DNA of 64,000 nt from assembly GCA_040954595.2 (NCBI GenBank), contig CM082577.2:14329903-14393902 (forward strand). The letters run 5' to 3'. Source of the DNA: Balanoglossus misakiensis (lineage: Eukaryota > Animalia > Hemichordata). A model generated the notes under the pieces. That model did not search any database, was not told where the DNA came from, and saw only the letters and a program-made list of their open reading frames with translations. Shown here in pieces: positions 24,335 through 35,501 of this stretch (its first letter is position 1; each line of letters starts with the position of its first letter). The position numbers were made by a program, and so were the translations under genes.

Positions 24335-26376
24335 ATGTCGAAATTTATTCGTGTAACTGACAAAGTCAGGACCGGCGAAGCAGTCGAACTTCCAACAGAG
24401 GAAAATGGGACAGTTTTACTCAGTACATTGGAAGGTCAGTTTCAGGTGAGGAATGCAGGAAAGGTGTTGGTCTATTTGGCAAAGTCAAATCTTTCCAGAC
24501 TTACAAATATGAGAAGACCTCCTCTGACTTCAGAAAACTGCCTTTTTCCAGTAGCAAGAAGAAATCAAAGCAAGAAGATGACATTGTTACTATAAATATT
24601 GGTGCCATGTCTTTCGATGAGAAAACAGGGAAACTGAAATCCCACTGGGGTAAACGTTTGCCTATAAAAGTTGAAAAAAATGCAAATTACTCAACAATTT
24701 TGGAAATTGGTTTGAGTAAATGGAAAGCTTTTGGGAGAAATTTTATCAAGGATGGCATGAAGTATTTTCTTCTCTTTGATGATGGCTCTAGAGCTCTTTT
24801 CATACCAGGAGAAGAGAAAAAAGAGTTTTTTACTCTTTGTAAATATAAAGAAGCTTTAGGTAAGGAGTACAAAAGAATATGCTTGTATCTCTGTGCAGAG
24901 AGTGATTTTGATAAATCGCAGGGATTTAATGATTGTGATGTAGGAGTTGATGATGAGTTGCTTTGTAATTATGATGTTGACGAAAGTAATTGTAATTATG
25001 ATGTTGACGAAAGTAATTCTAATTATGATGTTAACAAAAGTAATTGTAATTATGATGTTGACAAAAGTAAGAGGAGGAGAGTGAAATTGGGTGAGACGTC
25101 CAACACAAGTCAAACTCATGTAGTGTCTGATGATGGATATGCCATGCTTTTCAGTGATGACATTGGTGATCAATTCTCTGATTCCGAAAATGATGTCAAT
25201 CTAGAGTCTCCTAAATTCCCTGAAGAAATACCACTTGAAGATATTCTGAGTAATTTGGCAAAACAGATTAACCAAGAAAAAATATCAAAGTTTAACATTG
25301 CAAGGAATAATCTTTTTGAAGGTGTGAAAAGAGGGTTAAAGCGAAAGACATTTAGTCCTTGCAATAAAATCTCTGTCAAATTTACAGATGATGTGGGTTC
25401 CTCAGAGGGGGCTGTTGATGCTGGAGGCCCTATGAGAGAAATGCTGTCTCTCAGTGTGAGCTATATCACAAATTCTCAGTTGTTTGATGGTGATGAACAT
25501 CAGAAATACATTTCCTGTGTGAGCAAATGTATTGATGAGAATGAATACTTCTATGCTGGGCAAGTGATTGCCATGTCTTTACTTCATGGGGGTCCTCTAC
25601 CACATTGTTTTGCTGAGCACTTTTTTGATGCTGTTGTATTTGGGCCAGACAGTGCAAAACCTACATTGGATGACCTCCCACAGGATAGTTATGCTAAAAA
25701 TGAGTTGACAAAGTTGAAGAATGCCCCTTTAACTGAGGTTGATAGTGTGATAACTGGAAGCTTGGATAATTTCCTTGAATTAGCTGGGACATGGAAAATA
25801 ATGAGATGTGAAGATGACAAAGATAGGGTTATCCTGTCCACAGTAAAGTGGTATTTATATGGAAGGAACAGACCAGCACTTGACCAATTTAGAGACGGTC
25901 TGTCTACCCTTGGAGTTCTTGCAGCCATGCAGCAGTATCCAAATAGTTTCAAGTCAGCATTCTGCCAAAAAAGCATCACTCTCACAGCAGATATGTTTGC
26001 TGATGTTGACAGGGTAAAATACACAAGAAGTGAAATTGGATCTAATAGACACATTGTTGAAAGTAATGTATTATCCTATTGGGCAGACTTTCTTCAGGAT
26101 GTTGAAGAGGGTGAAGTTTCCAACATAACACTTTCACAAATTCTCATGTTCATTACTGGTTGCAGTGAATTTGTGTATGGATTAACATTAGAAATTCAAT
26201 TTCTACATCAAAATGAGGAAACTGGTACACCATCAAGGTTTCCTAAGGCCAATACTTGTGCTTGTATACTTCATTTACCTGTTATACATAAAACATACCC
26301 TGACTTCAAAAACGATGTTGCATTTGGCATTGCAAATGCTAAGGGTTTTTGGATATGCCTGAACATTAAAGTGTAA
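24335..26376 (+). CDS. Transposon-borne HECT E3 ubiquitin ligase (G2E3-like HECT) with an N-terminal TDP-43-NTD-like segment; two apparent 1-nt indels (~24443, ~26350)
   Basis: HECT motifs ISVKFTDDVGSSEGAVDAGGPMRE, YFYAGQVIAMSLLHGGP, LDQFRDGLSTLGVL, ILMFITG and FPKANTCACILHLP (catalytic Cys codon 26257-26259). The HECT frame is open from 24361. ATG 24335 in the adjacent frame encodes MSKFIRVTDKVRTGEAVELPTEENGTVLLSTLEGQF. Confidence 0.88.
24964..25068 (+). repeat. In-frame 27-bp tandem repeat (CNYDVDESN, about 4 copies) in the acidic linker of the HECT ORF
   Basis: TGTAATTATGATGTTGACGAAAGTAAT repeated with minor variants. Confidence 0.85.
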
Positions 26377-27049
26377 AATGAGACATAACTACAGTTTTTC
26401 ATCTATTTTCACACGGTGTCCAGACTCGGCCATTCACTGATGACCAAGCTTAAGTTCACACACTATTTTTAAACCTCAGAAGCAAGTTAAGCAAATTCTA
26501 TGTAATAAGATGTGCTGCTGTTTATGCATTCAACTGCCAAACAGTACACCTGGTATGCAAGAGATTTGATTTTGCCTTTTGGCAAGTGGTTTCACTGTTC
26601 AGGTGTGATAAATTTAGACAAAATTGTTCCAGATTTGTGCCAGAGAAAAAACATGGTTCCCAATGTCATCACTACAAATGTGCATGTGTTCATGTTGCCC
26701 ATTTATGAATGTCTATCAATGGACAAAACATTTTATTGGGAAATCAGTAAGAAAAGAGTAGTTTTTACCTTTTTTACTTCGTTCTCCTTTAAAAAGTGTT
26801 CACAATTCTGTTGAGCATCAGTTGTTTAAACCGATTCGTGTAGTAGTCACAAGTTTTAGAATAGAACTGTACTCTGTAGTATATTATATTGTGCTTGATC
26901 GACCAGTTTAGGGTTTAACCTTCTGTTAGATGTTTACTGTAACACTTGGAAATAAAAAATGATACTCTGTTCATAAATTAGTTGTGTATGTTCATTAAAG
27001 TGTGTGTGAACACCATTATGTCATGAAACGAGGTAATGCTGTACTAATG

Positions 27050-27075
27050 TCTGTGTGTGTGTGTGTGTGTGTGTG
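27050..27075. repeat. (GT)n microsatellite
   Basis: Run of TGTGTG seen directly. Confidence 0.9.
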
Positions 27076-27797
27076 AATATGACATAGTGTGTGACATTTG
27101 GGAATTATGACTTGCTAATTGACAGCTAATTTGCATATTTAATGATTCTATGCAATTAGCAATACAACTCTTGAAATACTGTTCTGATATTCATGAAATT
27201 TGCCAGCTTATACTGTTTTTTACACAGATCAAACAAAACCTCACTGCTGCCATTTTGGCAATAATTTCAGATTTTCAACATTAATTTGGTGTATTTGCAA
27301 TATATCATAAAACTACAGTAAGAATCCCAAACTGATCTTAGGGGAGAACCATTTGATTTTTTGGGTGGGGGGGGGGGGGGGGTTATTGCAGAAGGAAACA
27401 AATTCATTTGCAATGCCATGTTTGAAATGGAGTAAAGAATGTCACACAAGTTAGAAAATCTCATTCTTTCATTTTTAGGCACTTGTCAGTTTATGAGCAG
27501 TTTATTCTTGTCCACCGTTCATTTGAATAATTTGGCAATCAAAATGATAGGTAAAATGAACAAATCTACGCTATTTTGATGTTTTATGAATATATTTTAT
27601 TATATTCAAAGACAATCTTACTACCATGTTTGCTTGGATTACTACCAATTTAAAAATGTGGTAGTCACAACTGATTGCTGCGAAAAATGTTTATTTCGAG
27701 CCATGTTTTGCAGCAAGTATATCACAGACTGGACTGGAAAATGTCGCTCTCCCGTTGGTGAAGGAAGCGCCCTCAATCGACGGGTTTACATGTCTAA

Positions 27798-29009
27798 TTA
27801 TACACCATCATTTGCGCACGTAAGTAAATGCTCGTACAGCTCTTTTGCCTCGCGCCAATTTGCTGGTTCGGACAGGTTTAAATATCGAAACACATATTGG
27901 AAATACTCCTGGTATTCATTATTATAATCTACTTCAATGATTTGGGTTTCTGCATAATTTATTTCATGTTCTGGTACAGGCAACATCAAATTGTCAGTGC
28001 CACCATGGTGCTCTGGGAGGAAATACAATGAATCAGGTCTCCCACTGACGGTTTCATGTCGAGATTTTCTTATGTAGTGTGTGTTCCAATTTTCCTTCAC
28101 ATGATTTAAATCTTCTTGGAGGAGACGGGCAAAACAAAACCACAAACACTCCTTATGTAGTGTGTTACTACTGTCAAAGGTACCCTGTGCTTCAAAATCT
28201 TTAAAAAGATTGATCCACCATGTCGAACGATTTCTGCGCAGAAACGACCACCATGCCTCAATTCTTTGATTACGTTGTGATGCAACATATCTATGTGCAT
28301 CTGAGTTATCGCGAAAGAAACACTGAACCGCTGCAACTGTGCCATTTTCAGTACCCAAATCAGTATCTAGTTCTATAGGACACCCTCCAAACTCACGCAC
28401 AGCTTGTAAGTAGTATGCAGCCACATTGTCAGGCAAGTTATTTGAACGTGTAACATACAACCATAAAATCTTTCTGCTGTATCCGTCAATACACCCGTGT
28501 ATTGGGAAGCCAAAGGGCTTTAGTTTGTCGTACCCGTCCATATGCCACACACAGTTGGGTCCTGGGCACAAATACTCCCTTCTTTTAAGACGGTGTGTTC
28601 TCCGTAGTTCACTTCCTTCTGGGTCTAATTCCCTCAACATTTCTTGAACTACAATTCTAGGCACATGGATGCCTTTCAGCTGCAGGGAATGCCACACTGT
28701 TCGATACCCTCCTATACATCCAGGACCATCCAATAGCTGAATGACAGAGTCTCTGACGACACTAACATCGTAATCGGGAGATCTTCGCCTTAAATTCAAC
28801 CGTTGCAATCGTCGTAACAGCGTTCTGCGACTCATATAAACGTCGCAGTATTTTGACAGATATAATAGAATTTCATTGTACGTATACCCCCTATAAAAGA
28901 AATAGGTGATGAGGCCTTCTTCATCGTAGTTGGCGACCGAGTGGCTGCTCATTTCTGTGCACATCGGCGACACTCGATAAGGCAAGGTTGGTGTGAAGAC
29001 GTCGTCCAT
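27798..29009 (-). CDS. IS3/IS481-like integrase-core DDE transposase, 403 aa, intronless and intact
   Basis: N-terminal HTH-like region (GYTYNEIL...SRRTLLRRL), then RREYLCPGPNCVWHMDGYDKLKPFGFPIHGCIDGYSRKILWL, DTDLGTEN and SQRNQRIEAWWS. About 33 residues separate the second D from E. Confidence 0.93.
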   Translation of the reverse strand: MDDVFTPTLPYRVSPMCTEMSSHSVANYDEEGLITYFFYRGYTYNEILLYLSKYCDVYMSRRTLLRRLQRLNLRRRSPDYDVSVVRDSVIQLLDGPGCIGGYRTVWHSLQLKGIHVPRIVVQEMLRELDPEGSELRRTHRLKRREYLCPGPNCVWHMDGYDKLKPFGFPIHGCIDGYSRKILWLYVTRSNNLPDNVAAYYLQAVREFGGCPIELDTDLGTENGTVAAVQCFFRDNSDAHRYVASQRNQRIEAWWSFLRRNRSTWWINLFKDFEAQGTFDSSNTLHKECLWFCFARLLQEDLNHVKENWNTHYIRKSRHETVSGRPDSLYFLPEHHGGTDNLMLPVPEHEINYAETQIIEVDYNNEYQEYFQYVFRYLNLSEPANWREAKELYEHLLTCANDGV

Positions 29010-29016
29010 TTTAAAT

Positions 29017-29436
29017 CGAACTGTATTGTGGGATATATAGTGAATTTCCGCCTTGAGCAAAAGAAAGTTTTGTCCACGTGAATAAGAGTTGTGTCCGACA
29101 AAATTAGAAAGTTGCGCCCATCAAAATTAGAGTTGTGTCCAACAAATAAAGGGCTGTGTCAGGCGAAATTAGAGTTGTGTCCATCAATTTGAGAGTTGTG
29201 TCCGACAAATTTAGAGTTTTGTCCGACAAAGTTAGAGTTGTGTCCACCAATTAGAGAGTTTTGTGTCCACCAATTAGAGAGTTTTGTCCGACAAAGTTAG
29301 AGTTGTGTCCACCAATTAGAGAGTTTTGTCCGACAAAGTTAGAGTTGTGTCCACCAATTAGAGAGTTTTGTCGGGACAAAATTAAAGTTGTGTACACTTA
29401 ATTAGTGAATTGGTCTGTCACATACGGGCTACCGTA
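29017..29436 (-). repeat. Right TIR (420 bp)
   Basis: Reverse complement of 23789-24252 apart from one 42-bp unit, a 2-bp indel and isolated substitutions. Confidence 0.92.
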
Positions 29437-32400
29437 GGATCGGTTCGCTCAGCAATCCTTGTGGTGCCAGATTATATTGTGTATAAACAATTCTTCTATT
29501 GGTAGAGTCCGTTGAAAAATCCACGTGGCGTGAAGGGATTACTGTTCATGGAAGGGAAACGATGCGATGAAAGGAAATGCGGACACTTTTGTCACCGACT
29601 TTCAGCTCGGGTAAGATTAAGGAGGTAAGAAGACCAACACATCATTCACAGTCAAAATCTATAAATCGAAATCTTACAATTACCGGTACATCGAAGACAG
29701 TTAAGGTTACTAGTGTGTTGTTATTGCTGTTCGTACATTGTTTATGGTGTTTTTGCTGGCCAATATAAAACTTGAACAATGCAATAATGTCTCTGCAATA
29801 TGTCAATAATCATTAAAACAACAACAACAACAACACTGTATGTTGTGGTGATATGTTGTTTACCTTCAATTTTTCAGATGTCAAATCTAGTTAATGACAT
29901 AACTTCAAGACTGTTGGATATCCTTGAAACATGCAGCGTCAGTGGTAACCCAGTAAATGTTCGAAGGTGTGTTGGCCAATGTTGCAGATGAGAAATGATA
30001 CCAGACAACATGAAATGATTTACCATTCACATACTCAGATAGGGGCAAAGACTCCATTAATACAGCAATCTACCACAGGATCATACATAAAGTATAACAT
30101 GTTAAAGTTTAAAACATACAACACACGTACAGAATCAAGGTAAGCGATCAGCGCGATTATGTTTGACAAACAGAAAAAGTATTATTTTTTATTTCAGATA
30201 CTTTTTCCAATTATCTCTCCATAGGGTATTTGGCAACTACGCACTCGATGTCATTGCATCTGTTGCCTTTGGTATAGATATAGTGTCACAGACGGACCTT
30301 AATAATCAGTTTGCAGAAAACGCTAGAAATATGTTGTCACGGTTACCTGGCAGGACGGGCGTGGCATCTTGGTTTCTCGGTAAGCGGCGTCTTGGTTGAA
30401 TCTAGAATGCGCCTGTTCTCGTCCCTCTCTGTATGTACATCGAAAACAATGTTACAAAACATTTGCCGGTACATTGCTAGAGAAGACTGTAACCTTGTGC
30501 CACCGAATATTGTCCAAATGGAATATCCATTTAATGCAGTTACTTTATAGAACTAAGAATTAAAACTATCAAATGTATTTTAGCAACATAAGATTTTCCG
30601 ACCTCCATGAGACCTCTATGGTATCTCGCGAGGCTAAAAATTACATGTATCTTTCAACTCTAAACTCACCTAGTTTGATACAAAGCTTGACTTGTATTCA
30701 CTACCTAGCAACTCATTGCTACGATAATTAACATAGTCTCGCGATATCTCGAAACTCATTTCGATTCAGCATTTTCTTTGCCATTTCAGCGATGTTTCCG
30801 ATGATCAGATTTCTTGCTGAACGGATTGCGGCGGCGACAGAAAGGAAGCCGTTGCAGTTCTTCGATCAATCACTTGACGAAGTTTTAGCTGTGAGACAGG
30901 CATCGGGATCAGTAAGTCCTCCATTATACAGATTGCATCTGTATACTATAAGGTGTCACTGACACATAAGATAAAGATTCATCTTAGCAAATCTAATTGT
31001 ATCGATAAAGTTGTTTTCGGTAATTTGAGACTGTGCACGTACTTGACACTTTTGCAAAAAAATGAGAATGCAACTAAAATTAGTTTGTCGCTTCCCATTT
31101 GGAATAAAACCCCTAATGACTAGAGCATCATCATTTTCTCCCGAAATGATGAAATGATTGTTTGGAATGTTACTTCCACTTCGACACTCTTATCATCTTC
31201 ACTTGAAGGAACGACGGGACTTTCTTCAAGTTCTGCTCGAGGCAGCTGAAAATCACATCATGGAAAGCAACGACAGTGAGTCAATGCAACCGAACGAACG
31301 TGAAGTCAAATTAGCAAAGGCAAAGGAGAAGACAACACTAAGTAGGGCAGAAATCAAGGCTCAGCTTATGCTGTTCCTATTAGCAGGTAATTCATACTGA
31401 TGCGACCCAAGATTCTTTTCATAAGCAAACTCGGAAACGAGGCTACTGGAGGGGTTAGCGCCCTCACATTTTAAAATAAAGAGGGTCTGTAGTTCTATAT
31501 TTCCGAGATCCATTATTTTGAATGACGTCTAAGTTTGACAGCTATCGTCCTATTTGGGGAAGGTCACCTGCGCTAGTCTACTAAAATGGTGCGCTGTGAC
31601 ATTATTATTAAATGTGTACTGTCCCTTTAACACATGCCCCTTTAACATAATGAAACTAAAGAGACTATATGAATGTCGTTTGGCAGGTTACGAAACATCA
31701 GCCCTTACACTTTCGCACTGTACTTATTTACTTGCAAGACATCCTGAGGTTCAAGACAAGTTGATTAAAGAAGTGGACCACGTGTTAGAAGGAGAGGTAA
31801 CCACTTTTAAATGAATGGTCCCTTATTTGAGTATTACAGAAGTGGGAAATTTGCCGCTACATTTTGTAATTAGTCCTGTTTAAACAGCTGTCGGAATGAA
31901 GCAGGCATTATTTTACCGGCTGTCCTAGCTGATCTTACGACTTTTTATACAAATGAATTCAACAATATCGAGTTGATATCCGCGATAGTAAATTTGGAGG
32001 ATATCGTTCAGCCCTAAAATGTTTACAGGGAGAACATAATTTTTTTTGAATGATTCAGTTTAGTCTCACACTTAAACCAACCCAATTTTACATGCGAGGC
32101 CATTCATGCAGATCTTTGTGTGGATTCAGGTATTGATTTCACCATTGTGTGTTTTGTATGTTAGCAACAGTAAACTTGAACACACATTTACTGTTTTCTA
32201 CAGAGCAAGTTGGACTACAACTCAGTGAACGTCCTTCCATACCTGGACATGGTGATATCTGAAACGCTGCGCCTTTATCCAACGGCACATAGGTAAACAG
32301 TGGAAATACAATACAGACATTGTCCATAGACAAACATAACAACGGAAGACAGAAGGACGATTAAACTGACATTGTTGTACATGCGTAGAAACGAACCAAA

Positions 32401-35400
32401 TCACATAATGAACATTTTGTTTATTTTGTTTATAAAATATAAAGCTACCTTCTCCAAAACTGGAGTGTATTACTCGATGTCTTGAAATAGCTTGTTCTAA
32501 TTTGTGTCAACCTACATCGAAATTTATAGATTTTTTTGTTTTATTTTTCTGAGGTTTAATCGCGTGTGTTTAGCGTCGTGCACCATTGATGGGATACATT
32601 TCCGTAAAGGGGTTACTGTCGATATACCCGTTTATGCAATTCACCATAACCCTAAGTTTTGGCCTGATCCGGAGAATTTCAATCCTGAAAGGTAAGAAAT
32701 GCCGTTTTATCACTGTGTGACGACCAATGTATACTTCAGTGCTCAGAAACATCTACATATAAATTGATTAAACTTGTAAATTTGCGCAAGGTTTGCTTCT
32801 GTGGTCTTTACAATGCTAACGTTGCCGCACCTTATACAAATGTGCCCGTAAATATCTACTGCATCAAGTATGAAACATTAATACTAAAACTATATATGAA
32901 ATATAGTGTCAGAGATTTAACTCTTATGGAGTACAAAATATGTTATTTAAAGGTACACGGTCACCTCCAATTTACACACGCCCATATATGGCTAAAATGG
33001 AGTATTTCAGTGTTCTAAAGAACAATTGGTGGCGCCCTATTTTGCGTGTGCCACCCACTAAAAATCTGTGATTGGCTAGATCTCATTTTGCCATGGTACC
33101 TTTAGCTAAATTTACATAGGTGACCGTATCTCTACTCATGTGTAGATACACGTCGGATCTATCCAATTTTACAAAAAAGGTTTATTTGCAACAGTTTGAA
33201 TGTAGGCGATTATCATTTCTACGATTCGATTAGAACACCTTATGCGCATGTCAAAATGCTTGCCCTAAAGCGTTGAGTTAGCTGCTTTCTGATTGGTCTG
33301 TTAGTTTACTTACCGGCTTATCCATCAATAACTTACCAATCTTCAGATTTATTGCTGTCGCCAAAGCAGAAAGAGACCCGTACACGTTCCTGCCATTCAG
33401 TCACGATCCAAGGAATTGTATTGGAATGAAGTTTGCACAGATGGAAATTAAGATAGCATTATCACGCCTTCTACAGAAATATAAGTTTATCACTTGCACA
33501 GAAACTGAGGTATGGCTATTAAAATTCACATATTGACTGTTTTTCAGAATATTTCCGTATCTCGCGAAGAGAACAAATGACATCATTTTTATCAGATCAC
33601 CAATTAATTAGCGGACCGATAATGCATGGACGATATCAATCAGCAATCACCAGTGTTTCAGCAATTTGATCTTTGATATTTCGCAAAGTACACTCTGGCT
33701 GCATGAAATGAAACTGTAACTTCTATTTCAAAACATTGACTATTTTTGCTTCTGACCCAATAACTTCAAGGTGGTTGGAATAGTCGTATTGTTAGCCAAC
33801 TTCGAGCACCATGGTCCGAAGTGATTAATATATTTTTTTTTTTTTTGGTTAACTCGCAGATACCTCTGGCGCTGGAGTTAGGAACGGTCCTGTATCCTAA
33901 AAATGACGTCTTCCTGAAAATTGTGAAGAGAGACTGACTCTTGGTCGTTTTCTTCCTTCAGACATGTGGTGTCTTCGAAGATCAACAATCGTTACTTTAA
34001 TGTAGGAACGTATGATGTAGGCGTGCAAGGAGATGTTTTTTTTTCGGTTGACAACACCTACGTTAAACATAAAATTAAACAAAATAATCTGTACTTTTCA
34101 CATCAGTTGTGTAAATTCTGGAATAGTTTCATTTTAGAGCAACGCTCGCCGGTGACAGTTGACATATCGCACGTTTGCAATAAGAAATGGCGTTAGGGTA
34201 GAATGCCTCTTAAAAATCAGTCTTTAAACTGTTTTTTTTTTAATTTGCTTGAGGCAACTTTAAATTGAGAGCTTAATTGTCACAAATTGAAATTCAAACT
34301 GGCCGCAAATCCCTGTGTTAACTCTATGGAGACAATATAGTGGAATTTGTTATAATTAGAGGGTGAGAACGTACTTTTCTCCTATGTTTTCAAAGACGCA
34401 TTTCACACTTTAAAGGTCAGTGTTTATATATTACTGATTGTTAATCAATGTATATGTGTCGAACGGTAATTAAAGGCATATAAGCTGCAACCCTTGGGAT
34501 AATTATCATATTTTATTTCAAACTGTACTATCATTAGCCCATGCATATGTAGGCACTGAACTATATACATGTGCACGTTTTCACCAGATAAATAATGAAG
34601 CTTAATCACAAGGAAATATGACCGCCACCTTGGGAAAATGCAAGAAACAATGAAAAATTTGCATTTCCGAAAATGAAATTTCATAAACAAAGCATGATCT
34701 CATCCACTAGAACTTATGGTAGTAAATGTACTCCAATGAGACATTAAGTTTTCATTTTTTATTGCAATTTGCACTTTTTTTTAAATTGCAGGAATTTTAG
34801 ATTTTCTTCAATGTTTTGGCCATTTCGTAATAAATAAGTGTTGATCTTGATATACTATCCTGAAATATCTGTAGTGTCGGCCGTTCTCGCCAATCTATGT
34901 GTGACGTTCAATTAGTACGGCCAATTAACAGAGTTACAATTATTGCAGCGTGCCGCAAACACTCCATCAAAGGTTGCCACTGTTTGCTAGCTGAATGAAT
35001 ATTGCGACATTTCTATTGTCTATACCAACTTATGTAAACTTTTCGTATGGGTCCCGTAATTGTTTCAAAATATTATGGTGAACGAAATGGACAAGGCGTG
35101 ACACACCCCTTTGTGAAAAAAACTGAAACTGGTAGTAGCAATAGTACATGTATAGTATTGGTAATAGTAAAGTTCGCAGAACAGTTCTTCGCTCCTACTT
35201 ATCTCTATGAACCCGAAAGCAGTTGGTCGTTTCGTCCCTCAGGTTATATAAGTGAACATAACTGTTTCATTTGCTCTCCCGGCCACCCTTCAATGATAAC
35301 CTTGAGAGTGGCGTTCTGCCAAGACTGAATGATTCAGTCCTGTGCTGGCACTCCGGCTAAGAAGGGACTAGGCATTGCCGGAGCGCCCGCACACGACTGA

Positions 35401-35501
35401 ATCTTTCAGTGTACGTCATGTCCACACCCCATTACATGAATGTTACACATGGTTGCCGGATCCGGATTACTAGTAGATATTGTGGATGATTGAGTCACGG
35501 T

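Larger units (their letters stand above)
23789..29436. mobile_element. Full-length 5,648-bp IS3EU-type DNA transposon carrying a transposase and a HECT E3 ligase gene
   Basis: GGATCG|TACGGTAGCCCG...CGGGCTACCGTA|GGATCG: a 6-bp TSD at 23783-23788 and 29437-29442, TAC...GTA termini, long near-perfect TIRs, and two convergent ORFs. Confidence 0.93.
21748..33937 (+). pseudogene. CYP3-clan (CYP3A-like) cytochrome P450, probably a pseudogene; exons 21748-21821, 22488-22642, 23162-23258, 29506-29624, 29878-29966, 30225-30379, 30790-30911, 31209-31386, 31687-31796, 32204-32292, 32554-32691, 33347-33509, 33860-33937
   Basis: Motifs GPRPWPFVGN, LSPTFSSGKIKEM, LDVIASVAFG, LAGYETS, ETLRLYP, DPENFNPER and PRNCIG. 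Lesions: a frameshift in exon 2 (~22590), a CGATG duplication plus TGA in exon 4 (~29560-29570), and a heme motif reading FSHDPRNCIG instead of FGxGPRxCIG. Confidence 0.9.

Noticed and set aside
24209-29060. Shared N-terminus MLKAEIHYISHNTVR in the two ORF-track entries
   Set aside because: It comes from a TTG start within the TIR on both sides. The first ATGs (24335 and 29009) lie inside the TIR boundaries.
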